64,000 nt of DNA, from contig NC_091987.1 in NCBI RefSeq assembly GCF_044704955.1, forward strand, positions 159,650,001 to 159,714,000, read 5' to 3'. Below the pieces are notes generated by a model. It did no database searches and was not told the origin of the DNA. It worked only from the letters and a program-made list of their open reading frames with translations. The position numbers were made by a program, and so were the translations under genes. The stretch is from Pristiophorus japonicus (taxonomy: Eukaryota). Below are positions 37,101 to 49,100 of this stretch, piece after piece. Position 1 is the first letter of the stretch, and the number at the start of each line of letters is the position of its first letter.

Positions 37101-39876
37101 TTGGTGCTGGGTTCGGTATGTTTGTTTCCAGGTTCAATTCAGTTCCGTACGGGTTCCCTTCGGTTGGGGCCGGGTTCAGTTGGGGACGGATTCGTTGGGG
37201 ACTGGATCAGTTCGGTTCAGTTGCGGCCGTGTTCGGTTCAGTTCGGTTGGCGCTGGGTGCCGTTCGTTCAATTGGGGCCAGTTTCGGTTCGGTTGGGGCT
37301 GGATTTGGTTCGGTTGGGGCGGCGTTCAGTTGGGACTTGGTTCGGTACAGTTGTTGCCAAGTTCGGTTCAGTTTGGAAAGGGTTCGGTTCGGTTGGATCC
37401 GGCTTCGCTTTTGTTGCGGCCGTGTTAGGTTGGGCCCGGGTTTGATTCAGTAAGGGCCGGGTTCGGTTTAATTGCGACAAAGTTCGTTTCGGTTGGGTCC
37501 GGGATTGGTTTGGTTGGGAACGAGTTCGGTTTGGTTGGGGCCACTTTCGGTTCGGTTGTGGCCGAGTTCGGTTTAGTTGGGGCCGCGTTCGGTTCGATTG
37601 GCGCCGGGTTCGTTCGGTTGTGGCCGGGTTCTGATCGGTTGGGTCCAGTTTCTGTTCGTTTCGGTTGGTGCCGGGTTTGCTTTGGTCGGGGCCGGCTTCG
37701 CTTATGTTGGGGCCAGCTTCAGCTCCGCTCAGTTGGGGCTGAGATCGGTCCGGTTCGTTTGATGCCTGGTTCGTTACATTTGGGGCTGGGTTCGGGTTGA
37801 TTGTTGCCATTTTCGGTTGTGGCCGATTTTGGTTCAGTTGGGCCCGGGTTAGGTTGGGGCCGGTTTCGGTTGGGGCCGTGTTCGGTTCGGTAGGGGCTGA
37901 GTTCGGTTCGGTAGGGTCTGTGTTCGGTTCGGTTGGGGACGATTTCTGTTTGTTTGGGGCTGGTTGCAGTTTGGTAGGGGCCGGTTTCGGTTCGGTTGGG
38001 GCCGGTTGGGTAAGGTTCGTGTAGGTTGGGGTCAGTTGTTGTCGGGTTCGGTTCGGTTGATGCCCGATTCGCTTCGGTTGGGGTCGGGTACGTATCGGTT
38101 GGTGAGGGATTCGGTTGTGGCCGGCTTCGCTTCGGTTGGGTCCAGTTTCTGTTTGGTTCTTTTGGGGCTTGGTTCGGTTCGATTCGGTTGGGGTCCAGTT
38201 CGGTAAATTTGGGGATGGGTTCGGTTCGGTTGCGGCCACTTTAGTTTGGGAACGGGTTCAGATCTGGCCGGGTTCAGGTCAGTTGCGGCCGGGTTTGATT
38301 CGGTTGGGGCAAGTCCGGTTGAGTTCGGGCGGGTTCAGTTACGTTCGTTGGTTCGGTGCCGGGTTCTGTTGGTTAAAGTTTCTCTTCAGTATTGTTGGGG
38401 CCGGGTTCGGTTAGGGCCGGGTTAGGTTCAGTTGGGGATTGTTTCGTTTTGTTTGGGTTGAGGCCGGGTTCGGTTCGGTTGGGGCCGAGTTATTTTGGGG
38501 CCGAGTTCTGTTGGGGCCGGGTATCGTTGGGGACGGATTTGTTGCGGACGTGTTTGGTTCATTTGGGCCCGGGTACGGTTCTGTTCGGTCGGGGCTGTGT
38601 TCGGTTCAGTTCCATTAGTGCTGGTTTCGATTCGTTCTGTTGGGACCAGATTCGGTTCGGTTGGGGCTGGATTTGGTTCGGTTGGGACCATGTTCAGTTG
38701 GGACTTGGTTCGGTACGGTTGGTGCTTGGTTCTGTTCAGTTTGGAAAGCTTTCTGTTCGGTTGTATCCGGCTTCCCTTTGGTTGCTACCGTGTTTGGTTG
38801 GGTCCGGGTTCGGTTCAGTTGGGTCCGGGTTCGGTTCAGTTGTGACCATGATCGCTTCGGTTGGGGCCGGGTTCTGTTCGATTGGGGTCTTGTTTGATAA
38901 GGTTGTTGCCAGGTTCGGTTTAGGTCGTGACGGGTTTGGTTCGGTCGGGGAGGGTTTCGGTTGGGGACTGATTCGCTTCGTTTGGACCGTGTTCACTATG
39001 TTTGATGACGGGTTCTTCTCGTTTGGGGCCGAGTTCGGGTCGGTTGGTGCCTGGTTTGGTTCGGTTGGGGCAGATTGGGTTCGGTTGGGGAGGAATTCGG
39101 TTGGGGCCAGATTCGGTTTGGTTGGGGCTGGGTTTGGTTCAGTTGGGGGCAGGTTCGGGTTCGGCTGGGTACGGTATGGTTGGTTCCAGGTTCGTTACAG
39201 TTCCGGACGGGTTCGGTTCGGTTGGGGCCGTGTTCAGTTGGGGATGGATTCTTTGGGGACGGGTTCGGTTCGGTTCGGTTGGGGACGTGTTCGGTTCAGT
39301 TCGGTTGTAGCTGCATCCAGTTCGTTCTGTTGGAGCCAGTTTCGGTTCGGTTGGGCCTGGATTTGGTTCGGGTTGGGCCGGATTTGGATGGGACTTGGTC
39401 CAGTATGGTTGCTGCCAGGTTCGGTTCAGTTTGGAAAGGGTTCGGTCCGGTTGGGTCCGGCTTCGGTTTGGTTGCAGCCGTGTTTGGTTGGGGCCTGGTT
39501 CGGTTCAGTTGGGGCCGGGTTCGGTTCAGTTACGACGATGTTCGCTTCGGTTGTGGATGGGTTCTGTTCGATTGGGTTCGTGTTTGGTACGTTAGTTGCC
39601 AGGTTCAGTTTAGTTCGGGACGGGTTTGGTTCGGTCTAGGAGGGCTTCGGTTGCGGACGGATTCTCTTTGTTTGGGGCCGGAATCGCTTCGTTTGGGGCG
39701 TGGTTCCCTTGGTTTGGGGCCGGGTTCTGCTCGTTTGTGGCCTGGTTCGGTTCGGTTGGGGCAGGGTTCGTTTCGTTTGGGGCCGAGTTTGATTCGGTAG
39801 GGGGCAGATTCGGTTCGGTTGGGGCTGGGTTAGGGATGGTTGTTTCCAAGTTCGGTTCAGTTCCGACGCTTTCAGT
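16134..39876 (+). repeat. G/T-rich satellite, long block with higher-order repeat structure
   Basis: Same monomer; rare landmark words recur at ~0.7 kb, ~1.75 kb, ~6.2 kb and ~8 kb spacings (aagtaccaacgtg at 26201 and 32430; atcgaatggggccgga near 27506, 33736, 35523). Confidence 0.95.
18221..19520 (+). repeat. Very recent 650-bp tandem duplication within the satellite (18221-18870 / 18871-19520)
   Basis: Nearly identical sequence at offset 650 (ORF 18611 vs 19261; attcggttggggtcgggtgc at 18221 and 18871; attgttggggccagg at 18841 and 19491). Confidence 0.92.
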
Positions 39877-40110
39877 TCGGGATTGCTACCAGTGCCACGT
39901 GATAGTCAGAGTAGGAATCGCAGGATAGCGCAGATGAATACGTGGCTTGAGCAGTGGTGCAACAGGGAGGGATTCAAATTCCTGAGGCATTGGAACCGGT
40001 TCTGGGGGAGGTGGGACCAGTACAAACCGAACGGTCTGCACCTGGGCAGGACCGGAACCAATGTCCAAGGGGGAGTGTTTGCTAGTGCTGTTGGGGAGGA
40101 TTTAAACTGA
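39877..40110 (+). pseudogene. CR1 ORF1 C-terminal remnant (SGNH/GDSL esterase-like domain)
   Basis: SGLLPVP...MNTWLEQWC.REGFKFL.HW..FWGRWDQYKPNGLHL...G resembles the esterase block V (DGLHL) found in CR1 ORF1p; here it reads NGLHL. Confidence 0.8.
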
Positions 40111-40187
40111 TATGGCAGGGGGATGGGAACCAATGCAGGGAGACAGAGGGAAACAAAAAGGAGGCAAAAGCAAAAGACAGAAAGAAG

Positions 40188-43018
40188 ATGAGGAAAAGTG
40201 GAGGGCAGAGAAACCCAAGGCAAAGAACAAAAAGGGCCACTGTACATCAAAATTCTAAAAGGACAAAGGGTGTTAAAAGAACAAGCCTGAAGGCTTTGTG
40301 TCTTAATGCAAGGAGTATCCGCAATAAAGTGGATGAATTAACAGTGCAAATAAATGTTAACAAATATGATGTGATTGGGATTACGGAGACGTGGCTCCAG
40401 GATGATCAGGGCTGGGAACTCATCATCCAGGGGTATTCAACATTCCGGAAAGATAGAATAAAAGGAAAAGGAGGTGGGGTAGCATTGCTGGTTAAGGAGC
40501 AAATTAAGGCAATAGTTCGGAAGGACATTAGCTTGGATGTTGAGGAATCTATATGGGTAGAGCTGCAGAATACCAAAGGACAAAAAACGTTAGTGGGAAA
40601 TTAGGGGTGCGTGCAATAAAGGTGCAGCAGTTATAATGGGTGACTTTAATATGCGCATAGATTGGGTTAACCAAACTGGAAGCAATACGGTAGAGGAGGA
40701 TTTCCTGGAGTGCATAAGGGATAGTTTTTTAGACCAATATGTCGAGGAACCAACTAGGGGGGAGGCCATCTTAGACTGTGTTGTGTAATAAGAGAGGATT
40801 AATTAGCAATCTCGTTGTGCGAGGCCCCTTGGGGAAGAGTGACCATAATATGGTGAAATTCTGCATTAGGATGGAGAATGAAACAGTTAATTCAGAGACC
40901 ATGGTCCAGAACTTAAAGAAGGGTAACTTTGAAGGTATGAGGCGTCAATTGGCTAGGATAGATTGGCGAATGATACTGAAATGGTTGACTGTGGATGGGC
41001 AATGGCAGACATTTAGAGACCGCATGGATGAACTACAACAATTGTACATTCCTGTCTGTCGTAAAAATAAAAAAGGGAAGGTGGCTCAACCGTGGCTATC
41101 AAGGGAAATCAGGGATAGCATTAAAGCCAAGGAAGTGGCATACAAATTGGCCAGAAATAGCAGAGAACCCGGGGACTGGGAGAAATTTAGAACTCAGCAG
41201 AGGAGGACAAAGGGTTTGATTAGGGCAGGGAAAATGGAGTACGAGAAGAAGCTTGCAGGGAACATTAAGACGGATTGCAAAAGTTTCTATAGATATGTAA
41301 AGAGAAAAAGGTTAGTAAAGACAAACGTAGGTCCCCTGCAGTCAGAATCAGGGGAAGTCATAACGGGGAACAAAGAAATGGCGGACCAATTGAAGAAGTA
41401 CTTTGGTTCGGTATTCACTGAGGAGGACACAAACAACCTTCCGGATATAAAAGGGGTCGCAGGGTCTAGTAAAGAGGAGGAACTGAGGGAAATCCTTATT
41501 AGTCGGGAAATTGTGTTGGGGAAATTGATGGGATTGAAGACCGATAAATCCCCAGGGCCTGATGGACTGCATCCCAGAGTACTTAAGGAGGTGGCCTTGG
41601 AAATAGTGGATGCATTGACAGTCATTCTCCAACATTGCATTGACTCTGGATCAGTTCCTATGGAGTGGAGGGTAGCCAATGTAACCCCACTTTTTAAAAA
41701 AGGAGGGAGAGAGAAAACAGGGAATTACAGACCGGTGGGTAAAATGATGGAATCAATTATTAAGGATGTCATCGCAGTGCATTTGGAAAGAGGTAATATG
41801 ATAGGTCCAAGTCAGCATGGATTTGTGAAAGGGAAATCATGCTTGACAAATCTTCTGGAATTTTTTGAGGATGTTTCCAGTAGAGTGGACAAGGGACAAC
41901 CAGTTGATGTGGTATATTTGGACTTTCAGAAGACTTTCGACAAGGTCCCACACAAGAGATTAATGTGCAAAGTTAAAGCACATGGGATTGGGAGTAGTGT
42001 GCTGACATGGATAGAGAACTGGTTGTCAGACAGGAAGCAAAGAGTAGGAGGAAATGGGGACTTTTCAGAATGGCAGGCAGTGACTAGTGGGGTAGCGCAA
42101 GGTTCTGTGCTGGGGCCCCAGCTGTTTACACTGTACATTAATGATTTAGACGAGGGGATTAAATGTATTATCTCCAAATTTGCGGATGACACTAAGTTGG
42201 GTGGCAGTGTGAGCTGCAAGGAGGATTCTATGAGGCTGCAGAGCGACTTGGATAGGTTAGGTGAGTGGGAAAATGCATGGCAGATAAAGTATAATGTGGA
42301 TAAATGTGAGGTTATCCACTTTGGTGGTAAAAACAGAGAGACAGACTATTATCTGAATGGTGACAGATTAGGAAAAGGGCAGGTGCAAAGAGACCTGGGT
42401 GTCATGGTACATCAGTCATTGAAGGTTGGCATGCAGGTACAGCAGGCGGTTAAGAAAGCAAATGGCATGTTGGCCTTCATAGCGAGGGGATTTGAGTACA
42501 AGGGCAGGGAGGTGTTGCTACAATTGTACAGGGCCTTGGTGAGGCCACACTTGGAGTATAGTGTACAGTTTTGGTCTCCTAACCTGAGGAAGGACATTCT
42601 TGCTATTGAGGGAGTGCAGCGAAGGTTCACCAGACTGATTCCCGGGATGGCGGGACTGACCTATCAAGAAAGACTGGATCAACTGGGCTTGTATTCACTG
42701 GAGTTAAGAAGAATGAGAGGCGACCTCATAAAAACGTTTAAAATTCTGACGGGGTTAGACAGGTTAGATGCAGGAAGAATGTTCCCAATGTTGGGGAAGT
42801 CCAGAACCAGGGGACACAGTCTAAGGATAAGGGGGAAGCCATTTAGGACCGAGATGAGGAGGAATTTCTTCACCCAGAGAGTGGTGAACCTGTGGAATTC
42901 TCTACCACAGAAAGTTGTTGAGGCCAATTCACTAAATATATTAAAAAAGGAGTTAGATGAAATCCTTACTACTAGGGGAATCAAGGGGTATGGTGAGAAA
43001 GCAGGAATGGGGTACTGA
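40188..43018 (+). pseudogene. CR1 ORF2 (endonuclease-reverse transcriptase), disrupted
   Basis: The EN N-terminus lies in ORF 40188-40604. There is a deletion/frameshift at ~40598 (the expected YRPP motif is missing) and another frame change near 40777. A 746-aa open stretch follows (40778-43018) with an in-frame 18-bp deletion (YRPV^GK, loss of SLTSVV) at ~41736. Confidence 0.9.
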
Positions 43019-43052
43019 AGTTGCATGTTCAGCCATGAACTCATTGAATGGC

Positions 43053-43091
43053 GGTGCAGGCTAGAAGGGCCGAATGGCCTACTCCTGCACC
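43053..43091 (+). other. CR1 3'UTR stem-loop immediately before the microsatellite tail
   Basis: GGTGCAGG...CCTGCACC 8-bp inverted repeat enclosing GGCC-gaat-GGCC; also present in the copies at ~10705-10743 and ~16072-16110. Confidence 0.75.
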
Positions 43092-43120
43092 TATTTTCTA
43101 TGTTTCTATGTTTCTATGTT

Positions 43121-46100
43121 GTGGCCGTGTTCAGTTGTGGACGGATTCGTTGGAGACTGGTTCGGTTCGGTTCGGTTGGGGCCGTGTTCGGTTCAGTTCG
43201 GTTGGCGCTGCGTTCGGTTTGTGCTTTTGTGGCCAGTTTCGGTTCGGTTGGCGCTGGATTTGGTTCGGTTAGGGCCGTGTTCGGTTCAGTTTGGAAAAGC
43301 TTCGTTTCTGTTGGGTCCGGCTTCGGTTTGGCTGCGGCCGTGTTTGGTTGGGGCCAGGTTCGGTTCAGTTGGGGCCGGGTTCGGTTCAGTTGCGACCATG
43401 TTCGCTTCGCTGGGGACAGGTAGTATTCGATTGGGGTCATGTTCGGGACGGTTGTTGCCAGGTTCGGTTTAGTTCGGGACGGGTATGTTTCAGTCGGGGA
43501 GGGGTTCTATTGGGGACGGAGTCGCTTCGTTTGTGGCGGGGTTCCCTTCGTTTCGGACCGGGTTCTGTACGTTTGTGGCCTAATTCGGTTCGGTTGAGGC
43601 CGAGTTCGTTTTGGTTGGGGCCGGGTTTGGTTCGGTAGGGGGCAGATTCGGTTCGGTTGTGGAGGGGTTTCGTTGGGGCCAGGTTAGATTCGGTTGGGTC
43701 TGGGATTGGTTCCGTTCGCGGCGTCTTCGGTTTGGGCTGGGTTCGCTACCGTTTCCAGGTTTGGTTAAGTACCAACGTGTTCGGTTCGATTGTAGCCGTG
43801 TTCAGTTAGGGTCAGATTCATTGAGGATCATTTCGTTTAGGTTCGGTTGTGGCCGTGCTCGGTTCAGTTCGGTTGGCGCTTCGTTCGGTTCGTTCTGTTG
43901 TGGCCAGGTTCGGTTTGGTTGGGGCTTGATTTGGTTCGGTTGGGGCCGGGTTCGGTTGGGACTTGGTTCAGTACGGTTAGTGCCAGGTTCGGTTCAGTTT
44001 GGAAAGGGTTCGGTTCGTTTGGATCCAGCTTTGGTTTGGTTGCGGCCATGTTTGGTTGTGGTCCAGTTCGTTTCAGTTGGGGCCTGTTTCGGTTCAGTTG
44101 CGACCATGTTCGCTTCAGTTGGAACCGGGTTCTGTTAGATTGGGGTCGTGTTTGGTACGGTTGTTGCCATGTTCGTTTTAGTTAGGGACGGGTTTGGTTC
44201 GGTCGGGGAGGGGGTCTGTTGGGGACGGATTCGCTTCGTTTGGGGCCGGGTTCTGCTAGTTGGGGCCGGGTTCGGTTCGGTTGTGGCCGGGTTCGTTTCC
44301 TTTGGCGCCGGGTTTAATTCGGTTGGGGGCAGATTCGGTTTGGTTGGGAAGAATTTCGGTTGCAGCCAGGTTCGGTTCGGTTGGGGCCGCGTTCGGTTGG
44401 GGACGGGTTCATTTCAGTTGGGTTGGGGCCGTGTTCCGTTCTGTTGTGGCCGGTTTCCGTTCAGTTGTGACTGGTTTCTGTTTGGTTGGGGACGAGTTCG
44501 GCTTTTCGGGGCCGGTTTCCGTTCGGTAGGGGCCAGTTTCTGTTTGGTTCAGTTGGGGCCGTGTTCGGTTGGGGCCAGTTTCGATTGGGGCCGGGTTCGG
44601 TTGGGGCCCGGTTTAGTTCAGTTCGGTTGGGGCCTTGTTTGGTGCGATTCGGGCCAGATTCATTTCGGTTGGTGCTGATTTGGTACGTTTGGGTCCGCAT
44701 TCCGTTCGTTTTTGATCAGGTTCGAGTGGCGCCCGGTTCGTTTCCTTTGGGGCCGGTTTCGTTGCGTTTCGGGCTAGCTTTGGTTGGGGCGGGTTCGTTT
44801 CGTTTGAGGCCAGGTTCGATTGGGGCCAGTTTAGATTCAGTTCGGGCCGTGTTCGTTTGGGCTGGGTTCGGATCTTTTGGGGCCGGGTTTGGAACGATTG
44901 GGGCCGGGTTTAGTTCGGTTGTTGCAAGGTTCGATTGGGGCCGGTTTAGGTTCGGGCCGGTGCGCTTTAGGCCGGGTGCAGTTCGGTTGGGACAAGTTCG
45001 GTTCAGTTCAGGACAGGTTCGGTTGAGGCCGGGATCGAATGGGGCCGGATTATGTACTGTTGTGTTGGGGCCGGGTTCGGTTAGTTTGGGGCCGGGTTTG
45101 TTTTGGTTGGAGCCAGGTTCGTTATGGTTGGGGCAGGTTTTAGTTCGGTTGGTGACGGGTTCGGATCAGTTAGATTGGGGCCAGTTTCTATTATGGAGCT
45201 GGGATCAGTTCGATTCGGGCCGGGTTCGGTTTAGTTGGGCCAGGGTTTAGTTGGGGTCGGTTGTGGTTCGGTTGGGGCCGTGTTTGCTTGGACAAGTTCG
45301 GTTCAGTTTGGAACAAGTTCGTTTCGGAATGGTTCGGTCAGTTGTGGCCGGGTTCTGTTGGGGACGGTTTCATTTCGGTTCGGTTCTGTTGTGGCAGGAT
45401 TCGGTTCAGTTAGGTTGGGGCCGAATTCGGATCGGTTGGGGCCAGTATCGGTTCAGTTGTAACTGGGTTCGTTTCGGTAGCGACCGCGTTCAGATTGGTT
45501 AGGGCCGGGTTGGGTTCAGTTGTGGCCGGGTTCGGTACGGTTGACACAGAGTTCGGTTCAGTTGGGACCGCGTTCGGTTCAGTTTGGGACGGGTTCTGTT
45601 CGGTTTGGTTGGGGCTGGTTCAGTTTGCTTGGGTCCGTGTTCTGATCGGTTGGGGCCGAACTCAGTACGGTTGGTTCCGGGTTCGGTTCGGTTGGGTCCG
45701 GGTTCTGTTAGTTTGGGGACTGGTTCGATTTCGTTGTGGCCGGGGTCGGTTCGATTGCGGCCGGGTTTGGTTGGGTCCCGGTTCGGACCGTTTGCGGCCA
45801 GGTTCGATTGGGGCCGGTTTAATTTCATTTCGGACCAGGTTCATTTGGGCCGGGTTTGTTTAGATTTGGGCCGGGTTCGGTTCGGTTGCAGCCAGGTTCG
45901 TTTGGGGCCAGTTTCGGTCATGGATGGGTTCGGTTTGGGCCGAGTTTGGTTGCGGCCGGTTTCAGTTGGGGAAGATTTCGTTGCGGAATGGATCGGTTCG
46001 GTTGTGGCTGGGTTCGTGTCGATTAGCTTGGTGATGGTTTCGGTTCATTCAGTTTATGCCAGGTTCGGTTCAGTTGGGGCTGGATTTGGTTCGTTTCGGG

Positions 46101-49100
46101 CCTGGTCCGGTTGCGACTTGCTTCGGTACGGTTGGTGCCTGGTTCGGTTCAGTTTTGGACGGGTTCGGTTCGGTTGTGTCCGTGTTCGGTTCAGTTCGCT
46201 TGGCGCTGGGTGCAGTTCGTACTGTTGGTGCCACGTTCGTTTCGGTTTGGGCTGGATTTGGGTCGGTTGGGGCCTGGTTCGGTTGTGACTTGGTTAGGTA
46301 TTATTGGTGACAGGTTCGGTTCAGTTAGGGACGGGTTCTGTTCGGTTGGATCAGACTTCGGTTTGGTTGCGGCCGTGTTTGATTGTGGCCGGGTTCGGTT
46401 CAGTTGGAGCCGGGTTCGGTTCTGTTGCGACAATGTTCGATTTGGTTGGGGCCGGGTCCTGTTCGCTTGGGGTCGTGTTCGGTACGCATGGTGCCAGGTT
46501 CGGTTTAGTTCGGGACGAATTTGTTTCGGTCGGGGAGTGGATCGTTCGGGGCCGGTTTCGCTTCGTTTGGGGCCGGGTTCGCTTGGATTGCTGCCGGGTT
46601 CTGCTCGTTTGGGGCCGGGTCCAGTTCGGTTGTGCACAGGTTCGATTGGGGCCGGTTTAGGTTCGGGCAGGTACGCTTCAGGCCGGGTTCAGTTCGGTTG
46701 GGGCAAGTTCGGTTCAGATCAGAACAGGTTCGGTTGAGGCCGGGATCGCATGGGTCCGGATTGTGTACTGTTGTATTGGGGCCCTGTTCGGTTAGTTTGG
46801 GGTCGCGTTTGGTTTGGTTGGAACCAGGTTCGGTATGGTTGGGGCAGGTTTTAGTTCGGTTGGGTGACGGGTGCGGATCAGTTAGATTCGGGCCGGATTC
46901 GGTTCGGTTCGGGCCGGGCTCGGTTCGGTTGGGGCCAGGTTCGGTGCGGTTGGCACTGGGTTCGTTTCGGTAGGGCAGCGTACGGATTGGTTCGGCCCGG
47001 GTTGGTTTCAGTTGGGGAAGGGTTTGCTACGGTTGGCAGAGGATTCGGTTCGGTCGGGACCGCATTCGGTTCGGTTTGGGATGGGTTCTGTTCGGTTCGG
47101 TTGGGGCTGGTTCAGTTTGGTTGGGTCCGTGTGCGGATCGTTGGGGCCGGGTTCAGTACGGTTGGTTCCAGGTTCGGTTCGGTTGGGGCCGGGCTCTGTT
47201 AGTTTGGGGACTGGTTCAGTTCCGTTGTGGCCGAAGTTGGTTCGATTGAGGACGGATTTGTTTGGGGCCCGGTTAAGATCGTTTGGGGCCAGGTTCGATT
47301 GGGGCCGGTTTCATTTCAGTTCGAGCCAGGTTCGTTTGGGCCGGGTTTGTTTCGATTTGGGCCGTGTTTTTTTCGGTTGCAGCCAGGTTCGTTTGGGGCC
47401 AGTTTCGCTCACGGCCGGGTACGGTTTGGACCGAGTTCGGTTGGGGCCGGTTTCAGTTGGGGACGGTTTCGTTGCAGAATGGTTCAGTTCGGTTGTGGCT
47501 GGGTTCGGTTCGGTTAGCTTGGGGATGGTTTTGTTTCATTCGGTTGGGGCAAGGTACGGTTCAGTTGGGGCTGGAGTTGTTCGTTTCGGGCCGGTTTCGG
47601 TTGGGACTTGGTTCGCTACGGTTGGTGCCAGTTTTGGTTCAGTTTGGAACGGGTTCGTTTCGGTTGGGGCCTTGTTCATTTGGGGATGGATTCGTTGGGG
47701 ACGGGTTCAGTTCGGTTCGGTTGGTACGTGTTCGTTTCAGGTCGGTTGGCGCTGGGTTCAGTTCGTACTGTTGGGGCCACGATCGTTTCGTTTGGGGCTG
47801 GATTTGGTTCGGTTGGGGCCGGGTTCGGTTGGGACTTGGTTCGGTATGGTTGGTGACAGGTTCGGTTCAGTTCGGGATGTGTTCGGTTCGGTTGGAGCAG
47901 TTTTCGGTTTGGTTGGGGCCGGGTTCGGTTCAGTTGGTGCCGGGTTTGTTTCGGTCGGGGAGGGTTTCGGTTGGGGACGGATTCGCTTCGTTTGGGGCTG
48001 GAATCGCTTCGTTTGGGGCGGGGTTCTCTTCATTTGGGTCCTGGTTCTGCTCGTTTGTGGTCGGGTTCGGTTTGGTTGGGGCCTGGTTCGTTTCGGTTGG
48101 GGCCGGGTTTGATTCAGTATGGGGCAGATTCGGTTCTTTTGTGGAGGGGTTTGTTTGGGGCCAGGTTCAGTTCGGTTGGGGTTGGGTATGGTTCAGTTGG
48201 GGTCGGTTCGGTTGGTGCTAGGTTATGTATGGTTGTTTCCAGGTTCAGTTCAGTTCTGGACGGGTTCCCTTCGGTTGGGGCAGGTTCAGTTGAGGACGGA
48301 TTAGTTGGGGACAGGTTCGGTTCGGTTGAGTTGCGGCCGTGTTCGTTTCCATTCGGTTGGCGCTGGGTTCAGTTCGTTAAGTTGGGGCCAGTTTCAGTTC
48401 TGTTTGGGCTGGATTTGGTTCGGTTTGGGCCGCGTTCAGTTGGGACTTGTTTCGGTACAGTTGGTGCCAATTTCGGTTCAGTTTGGAAAGGGTTCGGTTC
48501 GGTTGGATCCAGCTTCGCTTTGGTTGTGGCCGTGTTTGGTTGGGCACGGGTTTGATTCAGTCAGTGCCGGGTTCGGTTGAATTGCGACAATGTTCATTTC
48601 AGTTGAGTCCGGGATTGGTTTGGTTGGGAACGAGTTCGGTTTGATTGGGCCAAGTTTCGGTTCGGCTGTGGCCGAGTTCGGTTCAGTTGGGGCCGCGTTC
48701 GGTTCGGTTGGCGACGGGTTCGCTTCGGTTCGGGCCGGGTTCTGTTCGGTTGGGTCCAGTTTCTGTTCGTTTCGGTTGGTGCCGGGTTTGCTTTTGTCGT
48801 GCCCGGCTTCGCTTATGTTGGGGCCATTTTCAGCTCCGCTCAGTTGGGGTTGAGTTCGGTTCGGTTCGTTTGATGCCGTGTTCGTTAGATTTGGGGCTGG
48901 GTTCGGGTTGCTTGGTGCCATTTTCGGTTGGGGCCGGTTTCGGTTCGGTTGGGGCCGGGGCCGGTTGGGGTCGGGTTCGGTTGGGGCCGGTTTCGGTTCG
49001 GTGGGTCTGTGTTCGGTTCGGTTGGGGCCGGTTTCGGTTCGGTTGGGGCCAGGTTTATTTCGGTTGGGGCCGGCTTCGCTTCGGTTGGGGACAGTCTCTC

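Larger units (their letters stand above)
39877..43120 (+). mobile_element. CR1-clade LINE, family A, longest copy: 3' end of ORF1 + ORF2 (APE endonuclease + RT) + 3'UTR + tail; 5'-truncated and inactivated
   Basis: ORF1 remnant, EN motifs LNARS, GITETW, GDFN and SDH, RT motifs, and tail (ttctatgt)x3 at ~43096-43119. The flanks rejoin to the empty site gctttcagttcg-ttgtggccgtg seen at ~31768 and ~25531. Confidence 0.97.
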
